Assembly: GCA_017387685.1 (NCBI GenBank)
Contig: JAFOEU010000055.1
Location: 17,602 to 81,601, forward strand
DNA from: Clostridia bacterium
GTDB lineage: Bacteria > Bacillota > Clostridia > Oscillospirales > CAG-272
Length of the DNA: 64,000 nucleotides
Direction: 5' to 3'
Under the pieces are notes generated by a model, which saw only the letters and a program-made list of their open reading frames with translations, did not search any database and was not told where the DNA came from. Below, in pieces: positions 28,061 through 37,384 of this stretch; position 1 is the first letter of the stretch; the number at the start of each line of letters is the position of its first letter. The translations under genes and the position numbers were made by a program.

Positions 28061-29269
28061 ATGAAAAAGAAACAAAAAAAGATCGGCAAACCCCTCGCCC
28101 TCCTCTACCACCCCGCCTTCCTCCTCGTCTCCCTCTACTACCGCCTCCGCTACCGCGTACATATCGACAATTCCGACCTCGATCCCGAGGCGGGTGCGGC
28201 TATCGTTCTTGCCACGCACACCTCAAACAAGGATCACTTCCTCACCGCGATGGCTCTCTATCCCCGACGCGTGACCTTCGTTATGAGTCAGCATTTCTTC
28301 GAGAAGAAGGCTCTCCGTCCCATCCTCCGTCTGATGTGCGCGATCCCGAAGAAAATGTTTTGTCCCGATGCTTCGTCGGTGCTCTCAATGATCCGCGCCA
28401 TCCGAGAGGGCAACACTCTCGTTCTATTCCCCGAGGGCAGACTGACCTGCAACGGCAAGTCCTGTCCCATCACCCCCGGCACCGCCGACCTCGTTCGCAG
28501 ACTCGGAGTTCCTGTCTACACCATAACTGCCGAGGGCGCGGGCAAGACCTTCCCGAAATGGGCAAAAAAGCCGCGTATCGGCAGAATCGACGTCCGTCTT
28601 CGCAAGCTTTTCGCGGGTCCCGAGCTGAAAAATATGGAGCTCCCCGACGTTGAGCAAGCAATAGCAGATGCAATCGCTCACAACGCGTGGGAGTCGCTTC
28701 CGAATGTAAAATTCAGATCGCGCAAGCCCGCCGAGGGACTCGACACCATCCTCTGGCGCTGCCCCCGTTGCGGCGCGGAGCACACTCTCGTCTGCAAAAA
28801 GGACACCGTCACCTGCACCCATTGTCAGCTTGAGGCGCGCGTTGACGCGCACGGACAGATCTCGGGTGTCAAAGGCATCAAGACGGTTTACGACTGGTAT
28901 GAGCACAACGCCCGAACTCTCGATCTTAATTTTCCGCTTGAGTGCGCGTGCAGTGTCAGAATTGCGCCCATCGATCCCAAAAAGAAGCAAGAATTGAGGG
29001 AAAGGCGCAAAAACGGCGCGAAGATCACCAACACGGGCGAGGGCAAGTTCTCGCTTTCGCGCGAAGGCATCGTTTTTGACGGCATCGTAAACGGCATCGG
29101 CGACCATTTTTCGCTCCTCGGCAAGGACGTCCCCGGCGCGCTCCCGATAACCCCCGGCGACCACTTCGACGTCTACTCAGGCAATGTCCTCTACTTCATC
29201 ACCCCCGAGCCCGACTCCCGCGACGCAGTAAAATTCGTCGCATATATGGATAAAATGCACGGAAATTAA
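28061..29269 (+). CDS. PlsC-like lysophospholipid acyltransferase with Zn-ribbon extension
   Basis: THTSNKD (HxxxxD), LFPEG, CPRC...CTHC. Confidence 0.8.
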   Translation: MKKKQKKIGKPLALLYHPAFLLVSLYYRLRYRVHIDNSDLDPEAGAAIVLATHTSNKDHFLTAMALYPRRVTFVMSQHFFEKKALRPILRLMCAIPKKMFCPDASSVLSMIRAIREGNTLVLFPEGRLTCNGKSCPITPGTADLVRRLGVPVYTITAEGAGKTFPKWAKKPRIGRIDVRLRKLFAGPELKNMELPDVEQAIADAIAHNAWESLPNVKFRSRKPAEGLDTILWRCPRCGAEHTLVCKKDTVTCTHCQLEARVDAHGQISGVKGIKTVYDWYEHNARTLDLNFPLECACSVRIAPIDPKKKQELRERRKNGAKITNTGEGKFSLSREGIVFDGIVNGIGDHFSLLGKDVPGALPITPGDHFDVYSGNVLYFITPEPDSRDAVKFVAYMDKMHGN

Positions 29270-29320
29270 TTGGGACGGGGCTTAGTCGCTTATTTTAGCG
29301 GTTTTGCTCAAATAAAAAGG

Positions 29321-29385
29321 AAAATTTTCGCCCGGGCGAAAATTCACCTTAACTTATCACTTATCACTTCGCGCCATAGGCGCGA
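29321..29385 (+). repeat. leader + CACCTTAA + bare TTATCAC heptamers
   Basis: attttcgcccgggcgaaaat tcaccttaac TTATCAC TTATCAC ttcgcgccataggcgcga. Confidence 0.75.
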
Positions 29386-29400
29386 CCAATGGGAGTCGAC

Positions 29401-31641
29401 ATGAAAAAGACCGTTATCTGCATAATTCTTGCGCTTTTGATAGTGATTTGTACCGTTGCAGCAAGCTTTTTGGCGCGCCCAGACAGAGAACCAAAAACAA
29501 AAAACAAGCTCTTCTCCTATCTTGAAGAAAACATTACCGTTTATCTCGACAACGGACTTTTGCTTGCTCTCTCGGAGGACGGGAAATCCTATAATGTGTC
29601 GGGAATCGGCACCTGCACCGACGAGCACGTCGTAATTCCCGAAAAATACAACGGCAAACCTATAACGCGTATCAATAAGAACGTATTTTCTGAATTCAAC
29701 ACACTCAAAACGCTAAGCATTCCCGACTCGATAACGGGCGTGGGATCGGGGTTCCCGCGTGGCTTGAAATACAATGTCTACGGCGACATACGGTATCTCG
29801 GCAACGAGAAAAATCCATATCTCGTTGCGGTAGATGCCGAAGCGCAGAGAATATTTGAGCTTTCGTTCCACCCCGACACGCGAGTTATTGCAGACGAGGC
29901 ATTTTCTACGCGTCAGCTTCTGGAATCCGTTGCCCTGCCCTCAAAGCTTGAATATATCGGCGCGTCGGCTTTCTCGGGATGCAGCACCATCTCGGGGATA
30001 AAGTTTCCGCGTTCGCTCAAGATGATCGGTGAGGGTGCTTTCATGGGATGCAGGTCAATCACCTCGATCGATCTGCCCGAAGGACTCATGGAAGTAAAAC
30101 CGAGCGCATTCCGTACTTGCAGTAACCTGACGTCGGTCACGATCCCTGACAGTATCAGCGTGATCGAACCCGGAGTTTTCGAAACATGTATTGAGCTGAC
30201 AACTATAAAATTCGGTAAAAATGTCGAAAAAATCGAAAAAGATGCTTTTCGCGGCTGTACCTCCCTTTTGAGTCTGACCTTTCCCGATTCGGTGACCTCG
30301 ATAGACAGGTATGCATTTGCCGAGTGTCAAAATCTGATGTATGTCACTCTGCCCGAGGGGATTGTATATTTGCACGTGTATGCATTCTATAGATGTAAAT
30401 CGTTGAATTACAACCGCCACGGCACTGCCTCATACCTCGGAACCGCGAATTATCCGTATTACTATCTTATGAACTTTGCCAAGAACTCTCCAAACGCCGA
30501 GCTTGAGCTTCATCCCGATACAGAAGCGATAGCTTATGGACTTTTTGCCGACTCACACACTTACTCGATCAAGACCGATTCACAATCAAAGTATTATTAC
30601 GAGGTTAATAATTGTCTTATCGACAAAAGAGATAATACTCTCGTTTACGGTACCGATCTCTCCGCAATTCCCGACGGAGTGAAAAAGTTCGGCGACTATG
30701 CTTTTTTTCAGTGCAACTCGGAAGAGCTTGTTATTCCGGATTCGGTCGTCAGTATCGGAGATTACAGCTTTACAATGTGCTATAATCTTGTTTCAGCCGA
30801 CCTTGGCAACGTGACTGAGATCGGAGAGTATGCTTTCGGCAGTTGCGAGAAGCTTCAAACCGTACTTCACGGAAACAGGCTTGAGACGATCGGAGACTTC
30901 GCGTTTACGGACTGCGATTCGCTCGCATCGTTTGATTTTCCCGAGTCGCTGAAGTCGATCGGTGAAAATTCCTTCACTTTTAGCGGGCTGGAGGAGATAC
31001 ACATCCCCGCATCCGTCGAAGAGATACCGAGTCACGCCTTTCGCGAGTGTTTTGCCCTTCGAAAGGTTACACTTGACGGGGTGAAATATATCGGATATAT
31101 GGCTTTTTTGCGTTGCGAAAACCTTACCGAGATCGAACTTCCTGACACACTTTTGGTTATCGGAGAAAACGCATTTGGAAATTGCGCGATGTCGGAGGTT
31201 ACTCTGCCGCAGAATCTGCTTTGCATCGGGACATACGCTTTTGCAAATACGGTGAATCTTCCCGCAATTTCTCTTCCGAGGTCTCTCGTTTACATCGGTG
31301 AACAAGCTTTCTGTAAAAGCGGTCTGCGCTCGATTACCCTGCCCGACCGTATTGATACTCTTACTGCGAAAATGCTATATTACTGCGAATCGCTCGAAGA
31401 AGTAACTCTTCCCGCTTCGATCAAAAAGATGGATGAGGGTGCGCTCGCAGCCTGCCCGTCGCTGAAGCTCATCAATTTCGCGGGCAGCGGAGCAGATTGG
31501 GAAAATATCAAAAAGCACTCCCTTTGGCGAGCTTCCACCCCCGTCCTCACCGTAATCTGCTCCGACGGAAGTATTTCTCTTCCCGAAAACACGGATAAGA
31601 TATCAGATAAAAATTATATTCCAATATTTCCTTTAGGATGA
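29401..31641 (+). CDS. BspA/TpLRR leucine-rich repeat surface protein
   Basis: N-terminal signal/TM, many IGxxAFxxCxxL repeats; GGGAG RBS before 29401. Confidence 0.88.
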   Translation: MKKTVICIILALLIVICTVAASFLARPDREPKTKNKLFSYLEENITVYLDNGLLLALSEDGKSYNVSGIGTCTDEHVVIPEKYNGKPITRINKNVFSEFNTLKTLSIPDSITGVGSGFPRGLKYNVYGDIRYLGNEKNPYLVAVDAEAQRIFELSFHPDTRVIADEAFSTRQLLESVALPSKLEYIGASAFSGCSTISGIKFPRSLKMIGEGAFMGCRSITSIDLPEGLMEVKPSAFRTCSNLTSVTIPDSISVIEPGVFETCIELTTIKFGKNVEKIEKDAFRGCTSLLSLTFPDSVTSIDRYAFAECQNLMYVTLPEGIVYLHVYAFYRCKSLNYNRHGTASYLGTANYPYYYLMNFAKNSPNAELELHPDTEAIAYGLFADSHTYSIKTDSQSKYYYEVNNCLIDKRDNTLVYGTDLSAIPDGVKKFGDYAFFQCNSEELVIPDSVVSIGDYSFTMCYNLVSADLGNVTEIGEYAFGSCEKLQTVLHGNRLETIGDFAFTDCDSLASFDFPESLKSIGENSFTFSGLEEIHIPASVEEIPSHAFRECFALRKVTLDGVKYIGYMAFLRCENLTEIELPDTLLVIGENAFGNCAMSEVTLPQNLLCIGTYAFANTVNLPAISLPRSLVYIGEQAFCKSGLRSITLPDRIDTLTAKMLYYCESLEEVTLPASIKKMDEGALAACPSLKLINFAGSGADWENIKKHSLWRASTPVLTVICSDGSISLPENTDKISDKNYIPIFPLG

Positions 31642-31799
31642 AGGAGCGAAAATCTCCCCCGGGGGAGATTTTACCCCTTCCGAAACGTCGGCGGGACGCC
31701 GCCGTTTCGAAGCACGGGGAGTGTTTCGACCTCTGCGGAGGTCGACTTAAGGAACTTTTTGAGAAAAGTTCCTTAAGAATCCTCAAAAACTTTCCCGCT
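31636..31799 (+). repeat. ~170-nt multi-hairpin element, copy 3
   Basis: Homologous to 1776-1950; its TGA serves as the stop codon of the LRR gene. Confidence 0.8.
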
Positions 31800-31819
31800 A
31801 TTGTTTTATAATAAAATCG

Positions 31820-31942
31820 AAAATTTCCGAGCGCAGCGACGGAAATTCACCTTCAATTTGCCGCAGGCAAATACATTATCACTCTCGCGAAGCGAGATTA
31901 TCACTCTGCCGAAGGCAGATTATCACTCACGCGAAGCGTGAC
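31820..31942 (+). repeat. leader + CACCTTCA + TTATCAC/mini-hairpin array upstream of rarA
   Basis: Four GCA/GAA-loop hairpins separated by TTATCAC. Confidence 0.85.
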
Positions 31943-31967
31943 AGAATCATATATTTCGAGGCAAACA

Positions 31968-33200
31968 ATGAAACGAACTCCACTCGCAGAACTCATCCGA
32001 CCGACCTCCTTCGATGACATCGTCGGTCAAGCCCATCTCTTCGGCAAAAACGGCGTAGTCCGCCGCCTTTGCGATTCGGGTCGCATTCCGAATATGATAT
32101 TCTACGGTCCTCCCGGCACGGGCAAGACCACGGCGGCGTCGCTCGTTGCGAAATACGCCGATATGACCTTCGCGCGCCTGAACGCGACTACTGCGTCGCT
32201 TCAGGATGTCAAGGACGTCCTCGCCTCGACCGAAAGCGTCTTCGGTTCGGAGGGAATTCTTCTCTATCTCGACGAGATTCAATATTTCAACCGCAAGCAG
32301 CAGCAATCCCTGCTCGAATACATCGAGGACGGGCGCGTTACGCTGATCGCGTCGACCACCGAAAATCCGCACTTCTACCTCTACGGCGCGCTCATTTCGC
32401 GCTCGACTCTCTTTGAGTTCAAGCCCGTGCCGCCCGCAGAGGTCGTCCGCGCGCTCGGCAGAGGTATGGACTACCTCAACCGCGAAACCAACCGCTCGCG
32501 CACGTTTGATGCGGGAGTTGCCGAGAAGATCGCGTTTGCCTCGGGCGGTGACGTGCGCCGTGCGCTGACTCTTTTTGAAAACGCCTACCTCTCCTCCGAG
32601 GGTGACGCTCTTCTCCTCTCCGACGTCACACCCTTTGAGTCGAATATCACCGAATACTCGGACGATATCCACTTCGACCTCCTCTCCGCTCTGCAAAAGT
32701 CGATCCGAGGCTCCGATCCCGACGCGGCTGTCTTTTATCTCAACAAGCTCCTCGCGGCGGGCGAGCTTCTTGCCGTTTGCCGCCGTATGCAGGTTATCGC
32801 GAGCGAGGATATCGGTCTTGCCTACCCGATGGCACCCGTCATCGTCCGCGCTTGCTGTGAATCTGCGCGCGAGCTCGGTATGCCCGAGGCGAGAATTCCG
32901 CTCTCAAACGCCGCCGTAATGCTTGCGACCGCGCCGAAATCGAACTCCGCCTACCTTGCCGCCGCCGCGGCGAACGAGGATATCGAGGCGGGACGCGGCA
33001 AGATACCGCCGAAGCATATCCAATCCCCCCTCTTCGAGGGCTACGTCTACCCGCACGATTTCCCCAACCACTACACGCGTCAGCAGTACCTCCCCGACGA
33101 TCTGAAAAACCGCGTTTACTACAAATACGCCCCCAACAAAACCGAATCTGCCGCCGCGGCGTATGCAGACTCGATAGGTTCTCGTAAAAAAGGATCGTAA
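31968..33200 (+). CDS. rarA: replication-associated recombination protein A (AAA+ ATPase)
   Basis: PLAELIRP, GPPGTGKTT, LDEI, STTENP, GDVRRAL, SALQKSIRGSDPDAA, YPHDFP. Confidence 0.93.
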   Translation: MKRTPLAELIRPTSFDDIVGQAHLFGKNGVVRRLCDSGRIPNMIFYGPPGTGKTTAASLVAKYADMTFARLNATTASLQDVKDVLASTESVFGSEGILLYLDEIQYFNRKQQQSLLEYIEDGRVTLIASTTENPHFYLYGALISRSTLFEFKPVPPAEVVRALGRGMDYLNRETNRSRTFDAGVAEKIAFASGGDVRRALTLFENAYLSSEGDALLLSDVTPFESNITEYSDDIHFDLLSALQKSIRGSDPDAAVFYLNKLLAAGELLAVCRRMQVIASEDIGLAYPMAPVIVRACCESARELGMPEARIPLSNAAVMLATAPKSNSAYLAAAAANEDIEAGRGKIPPKHIQSPLFEGYVYPHDFPNHYTRQQYLPDDLKNRVYYKYAPNKTESAAAAYADSIGSRKKGS

Positions 33201-33207
33201 AATAATT

Positions 33208-33889
33208 AGCGAGTGCGAACCCTCATCATTTGGGTAAAGTGATGAGTTTCTCCTACGGAGAAACGTGATGATTTGGCTTCGCCAAAGTGATGATTGCGCT
33301 TCGCGCAAGTGATGTTTCGTCCTTCGGACGAAGTTAAGGTAATTTTTCGCCGAGGCGAAAAATAATTTATTAAATGACAAGTGCGAACATAGCACACTTG
33401 GTGTCCCCTCATCACCCGCTGCGGCGGGAGCTTCTCCCAGGAGAAGCCTAGGGGGCAAGGCGGATGCCTTGCGTGAAATATTTCGCCTGCGGCGAAATGT
33501 GAAATTTTTGCTTCGCAAAAGTGAAATTCACGCTTCGCGTGAGTGAAATATTCCGCTAAAGCGGAATGTTAAGGAAGAAATTTGCCAAGGCAAATTTCAA
33601 ATTTTATAAAATCAATGTAGGCTGAACATAGAATTCGCAGTTCTAAACCTTAGGCTTCTCCTGGGAGAAGCTCCCGCCGCAGCGGGTGATGAGGGGACAC
33701 CAAGAAAGCTATGTTCGCACAAGCAATTTTTATTAAGATTGAAATTTACCTCGGCAAATTTCCACCTTAACTTCGCCCGAAGGGCGAAACATCACTTGCG
33801 CGAAGCGCAATCATCACTTTGGCGAAGCCAAATCATCACTTTTCTCCGCAGGAGAAAAACATCACTGATGATCTGTGTTCGCACTCGTT
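33208..33889. repeat. ~680-bp nested palindromic intergenic region
   Basis: Outer inverted CATCAC-linker arrays (33208-33363 / 33740-33889), inner ~70-bp REP-like inverted pair (33381-33450 / 33651-33720), central GTGAAAT-linker array (33472-33598). Confidence 0.85.
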
Positions 33890-33970
33890 TACTTACTACC
33901 TTGAACCGAAAAGCATAAAAATCAACCTCCCCGAATAATATTTCTTATCAGATATTATTCGGGGTTTTTT

Positions 33971-36613
33971 ATGCAAACACTTGAAAAGACAACTAAAATT
34001 GCACCGCGCGAGGGGCTTGACAGCGCATCGGTGCTTGAATCGAGGCAAAAATACGGTGAAAACGTCCTTCCGAAGGCGCGCGGGCGTTCTTTTTTGCGCG
34101 CATTTTTCGCAAATCTCGGCGATCCCGTTATAAAAATATTGCTTGGCGCGCTTGCGATCAATCTGATCTTTCTGTTTAAGTCCTCCGACGTCTGGGAGAC
34201 CGTCGGCATCGCGGTTTCGGTATTTACGGGCACGCTGATCTCGACTCTCTCCGAGCGCGGGAGCGAGCGAGCTTATGAACGGCTTGAAAATGACGTCGGC
34301 GAGGGGCGTTGCCGAGTCCGTAGGCGCGAGGGAGTTTTTGAGCTCCCCTTCTCCGAGGTCTGCGTCGGTGATATTGTCCTGCTCTCCGCGGGCGATGCGA
34401 TACCTGCCGACGGCTTGCTGATCTCGGGCGGCCTCTCGCTCGATATGAGCAGTATGACGGGTGAGGGACGCGAGGTGCAGAAAACCGTCAGCCGTGACAC
34501 CTCTCTTCTCCCTTCTGCGCCCTCTTCTCTGCTTCGAGGATCGCGCGTGACCTCGGGCGAGGGCGAAATGGAGGTCGTGCTCGTCGGTGCGGCGACTATG
34601 CTCGGCTCGATCTCGCGCGAGATTCAGCTTGAGGTGCGCGAAAGTCCGCTTAAGGTTCGTCTTCGCAAGCTTGCAAAACAGATCAGCCGCCTCGGCTACG
34701 TCGGTGCCGTGCTCGTTGCCGCGGCGTATCTTTTTAACGCCTTCGTCATAGACAGCGCGTTCCACGCCGACATTATTTTATCAAAAGTCACCGATCTTTC
34801 ATACCTCCTTCCCCGCCTGCTCGACGCATTCACCCTCGGTCTGACCGTCGTCGTTGTCGCAGTTCCCGAGGGACTCCCGATGATGATCGCGGTCGTGCTT
34901 TCCTCAAACGTCCGTCGGATGGCACGGCGGGGGGTGCTGGTCAAAAAAGCCGTCGGAATCGAGGCGGCGGGCAGTATGGATCTGCTTTTCACCGACAAAA
35001 CGGGCACTCTGACCGAGGGCGTGATGAAGGTTTCTTCGATCCTTGCGCCCGACGGCGAGCTTTTTGACACAGTCAGCGAATTTTTGCGCGAGCACCCCGA
35101 GGATGGGATGCTCTACACGCTCTGCGCCACGAAAAACACCTCGTCCGAGCTCGGTTTTTCGGGCGGACGGGAGCAGATAATCGGCGGAAACGCCACAGAC
35201 CGAGCACTTCTCTCCTCTGTCAAGGGTCGGAGGATCGACTGCGAGATCATCCGCAAGGTTCCCTTTGACAGCGCACGAAAATTCTCCGCCGCAGAGATCG
35301 TTCTGCGTGGCGAGCGGATCGTGATCTACAAGGGCGCGCCCGAGTATCTTTTGCCCCATATTTCGGGTTCAAAGCAGATTTTTATGAAAAATATGACCTC
35401 CGAAGCTTCGCGCGGTGCGCGCGGACTTGTCGTTGCGGTCAAAAGAGGCGCGAAGTTGACGGAAAGTGCGGGGATAGCGGACGGTCTCACCCTCGTCTGC
35501 GGCGTACTTCTCCGCGATCCGATCAGAAAAAGCGCGTCTGCCGCACTATCGCGGCTTCGCGGAGCGGGTGTTCAGGTAGTGATGGTCACGGGCGACTCGC
35601 GCGCGACCGCCGAGCATATTGCCAACGCTTGTTCATTGGCTACGCCGAGCCGACCGCTGATAATTGAATCATCCGAGCTCGCCCGTATGAGCGACCGCGA
35701 GGTTGCTGACGTATTGCCGCGCCTCTCGGTGGTTGCCAGAGCTCTGCCGAGCGACAAGAGCCGCCTTGTTCGGATCGCACAAGGGGAGGGGCGGGTCACG
35801 GGTATGACCGGCGACGGCATCAACGACGCTCCCGCCCTCCGCGCCGCCGACGTCGGATTCGCGATGGGATGCGGAAGCGCCGTGGCGAAGGATGCGGGCG
35901 ACGTTGTCATCCTCTCAAACGACCTCGACGGCATCGCAAACGCCGTCCTTTTCGGTCGAAATATCTTCAAGAGCATCAGGAAATTCATCTGCCTACAGCT
36001 TACCGTCAACCTCTCCGCCGTCGGCATCTCAATGGCGGGACCCTTTATCGGTATCGACTCGCCCGTGACTGTTGTTCAGATGCTGTGGCTCAACCTCATA
36101 ATGGACACCCTCGGCGGTCTTGCCTTTGCGGGCGAGGCGGCGGAGGAGCGCATAATGCGCGAGCGACCAAAGCGCCGCGACGAGGAGATCCTCTCGCCAT
36201 ATATGAAAAGCCGCATCACCTTCCTCGGGCTTTTCAGCCTCGCGATGTCGCTGTGGTTTCTGCTCTCCGACCGCGCCGCGTCGCATTTCATCGAAAGCGC
36301 GGGCGATATTCGTTTTCTGACGGGCTTTTTCGCATTCTTCGTCTTCCTCGGGCTCTTCAACTGCTTTAATTCGCGCTCCGACCGACTGAACATCTTCTCG
36401 GGACTTGGCAAAAACGCCGTTTTCGTCGCGATAATAACCTCGGTCGCGTTTGTGCAGCTGATTTTCACCTACATTGGCGGCGCCGTATTACGGACAGTTC
36501 CGCTGACCTCGAAGGAGCTGTTTTTCTCCCTTTCAGCCGCCCTCGCCGCGATCCCCGCGGGAATTATCCACACCCTCATCCGCCGTCTGCGCGGAAAAAG
36601 CGACGGCTTTTGA
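33971..36613 (+). CDS. P-type calcium-translocating ATPase (PMCA/YloB-like)
   Basis: TGE, PEGLP, DKTGTLT, KGAPE, TGDGINDAPAL, QMLWLNLIMDT. Confidence 0.9.
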   Translation: MQTLEKTTKIAPREGLDSASVLESRQKYGENVLPKARGRSFLRAFFANLGDPVIKILLGALAINLIFLFKSSDVWETVGIAVSVFTGTLISTLSERGSERAYERLENDVGEGRCRVRRREGVFELPFSEVCVGDIVLLSAGDAIPADGLLISGGLSLDMSSMTGEGREVQKTVSRDTSLLPSAPSSLLRGSRVTSGEGEMEVVLVGAATMLGSISREIQLEVRESPLKVRLRKLAKQISRLGYVGAVLVAAAYLFNAFVIDSAFHADIILSKVTDLSYLLPRLLDAFTLGLTVVVVAVPEGLPMMIAVVLSSNVRRMARRGVLVKKAVGIEAAGSMDLLFTDKTGTLTEGVMKVSSILAPDGELFDTVSEFLREHPEDGMLYTLCATKNTSSELGFSGGREQIIGGNATDRALLSSVKGRRIDCEIIRKVPFDSARKFSAAEIVLRGERIVIYKGAPEYLLPHISGSKQIFMKNMTSEASRGARGLVVAVKRGAKLTESAGIADGLTLVCGVLLRDPIRKSASAALSRLRGAGVQVVMVTGDSRATAEHIANACSLATPSRPLIIESSELARMSDREVADVLPRLSVVARALPSDKSRLVRIAQGEGRVTGMTGDGINDAPALRAADVGFAMGCGSAVAKDAGDVVILSNDLDGIANAVLFGRNIFKSIRKFICLQLTVNLSAVGISMAGPFIGIDSPVTVVQMLWLNLIMDTLGGLAFAGEAAEERIMRERPKRRDEEILSPYMKSRITFLGLFSLAMSLWFLLSDRAASHFIESAGDIRFLTGFFAFFVFLGLFNCFNSRSDRLNIFSGLGKNAVFVAIITSVAFVQLIFTYIGGAVLRTVPLTSKELFFSLSAALAAIPAGIIHTLIRRLRGKSDGF

Positions 36614-36776
36614 TTTTAATACCGTTCTGCGGGAAAGTTTTCACAGCTTTCCCGCATTTTATTGCTTTTTGCGCGTTTTTGTGATATATTATATAATGTA
36701 CCGCGGTCATCCTGCATAAATTCACATCTTCCTTTTTGTGCAGAGTGACAAAAATAAAAATTATTCAAAAAAATGC

Positions 36777-36801
36777 GTGACTTTTCAAAGTCTTTTCCGT
36801 C
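36777..36801 (+). promoter_or_regulatory. putative autoregulatory ECF promoter (GTGAC-N16-CGTC)
   Basis: Directly upstream of the ECF gene RBS. Confidence 0.55.
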
Positions 36802-36826
36802 AGTGGAAGTGAAAGGAGGTAGAAGC

Positions 36827-37384
36827 ATGACAGACGAACAAATCATTGAATTGCTGTTCCGGCGTGACGAGCGTGCGCTCTCCGAGATCGAATCCAAATA
36901 CAAGAGCTTGCTCAGATATATCGCCGAAAACTTCCTCTCCGCGCGCGAGGATGTGGAAGAATGCCTCAACGACGTTCTGCTCAGCGTCTGGAACGCCATT
37001 CCTCCCGAGAAACCCGAAGATCTGCGCGCTTACGTCTCTGCGGCTGTGCGAAACTGCGCGATCGACAAGCTTCGCTCGAATAAAGCCGACAAACGCGGCG
37101 GCGGATTTCGAACGGTCAGCGACGAATTTCTTTTGATGCTTGATGACGGTACCGATCTTGCAAGTGAATTTGAAGCGCGCCGTGCGGGCGAGATCATCAA
37201 CGCCTTTCTCGCACAGCAGAGCGAGGAAAGCCGCGATATCTTCGTAATGCGCCACTACCTCGGAATGAGCTACGCAGAGATATGCGATATTTTCGGCTGT
37301 TCGGAGGGAAAGGTGAAAATGTCACTTTTACGTTCAAGAAAAAAGCTTGCCGCAAAATTAAGAAAGGAAGGTATTTTTGTATGA
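36827..37384 (+). CDS. ECF RNA polymerase sigma-70 factor
   Basis: MTDEQIIELLFRRDERAL, DVEECLND, WNAIPP; paralog of 9469-10023; AAGGAGG RBS. Confidence 0.9.
   Translation: MTDEQIIELLFRRDERALSEIESKYKSLLRYIAENFLSAREDVEECLNDVLLSVWNAIPPEKPEDLRAYVSAAVRNCAIDKLRSNKADKRGGGFRTVSDEFLLMLDDGTDLASEFEARRAGEIINAFLAQQSEESRDIFVMRHYLGMSYAEICDIFGCSEGKVKMSLLRSRKKLAAKLRKEGIFV

Noticed and set aside
32904-33518. Short ORFs across repeat mosaics (also 14223-14621, 7269-7469, 31547-31786, 55072-55607)
   Set aside because: Translations of palindromic repeats with recurring pseudo-motifs and no RBS.
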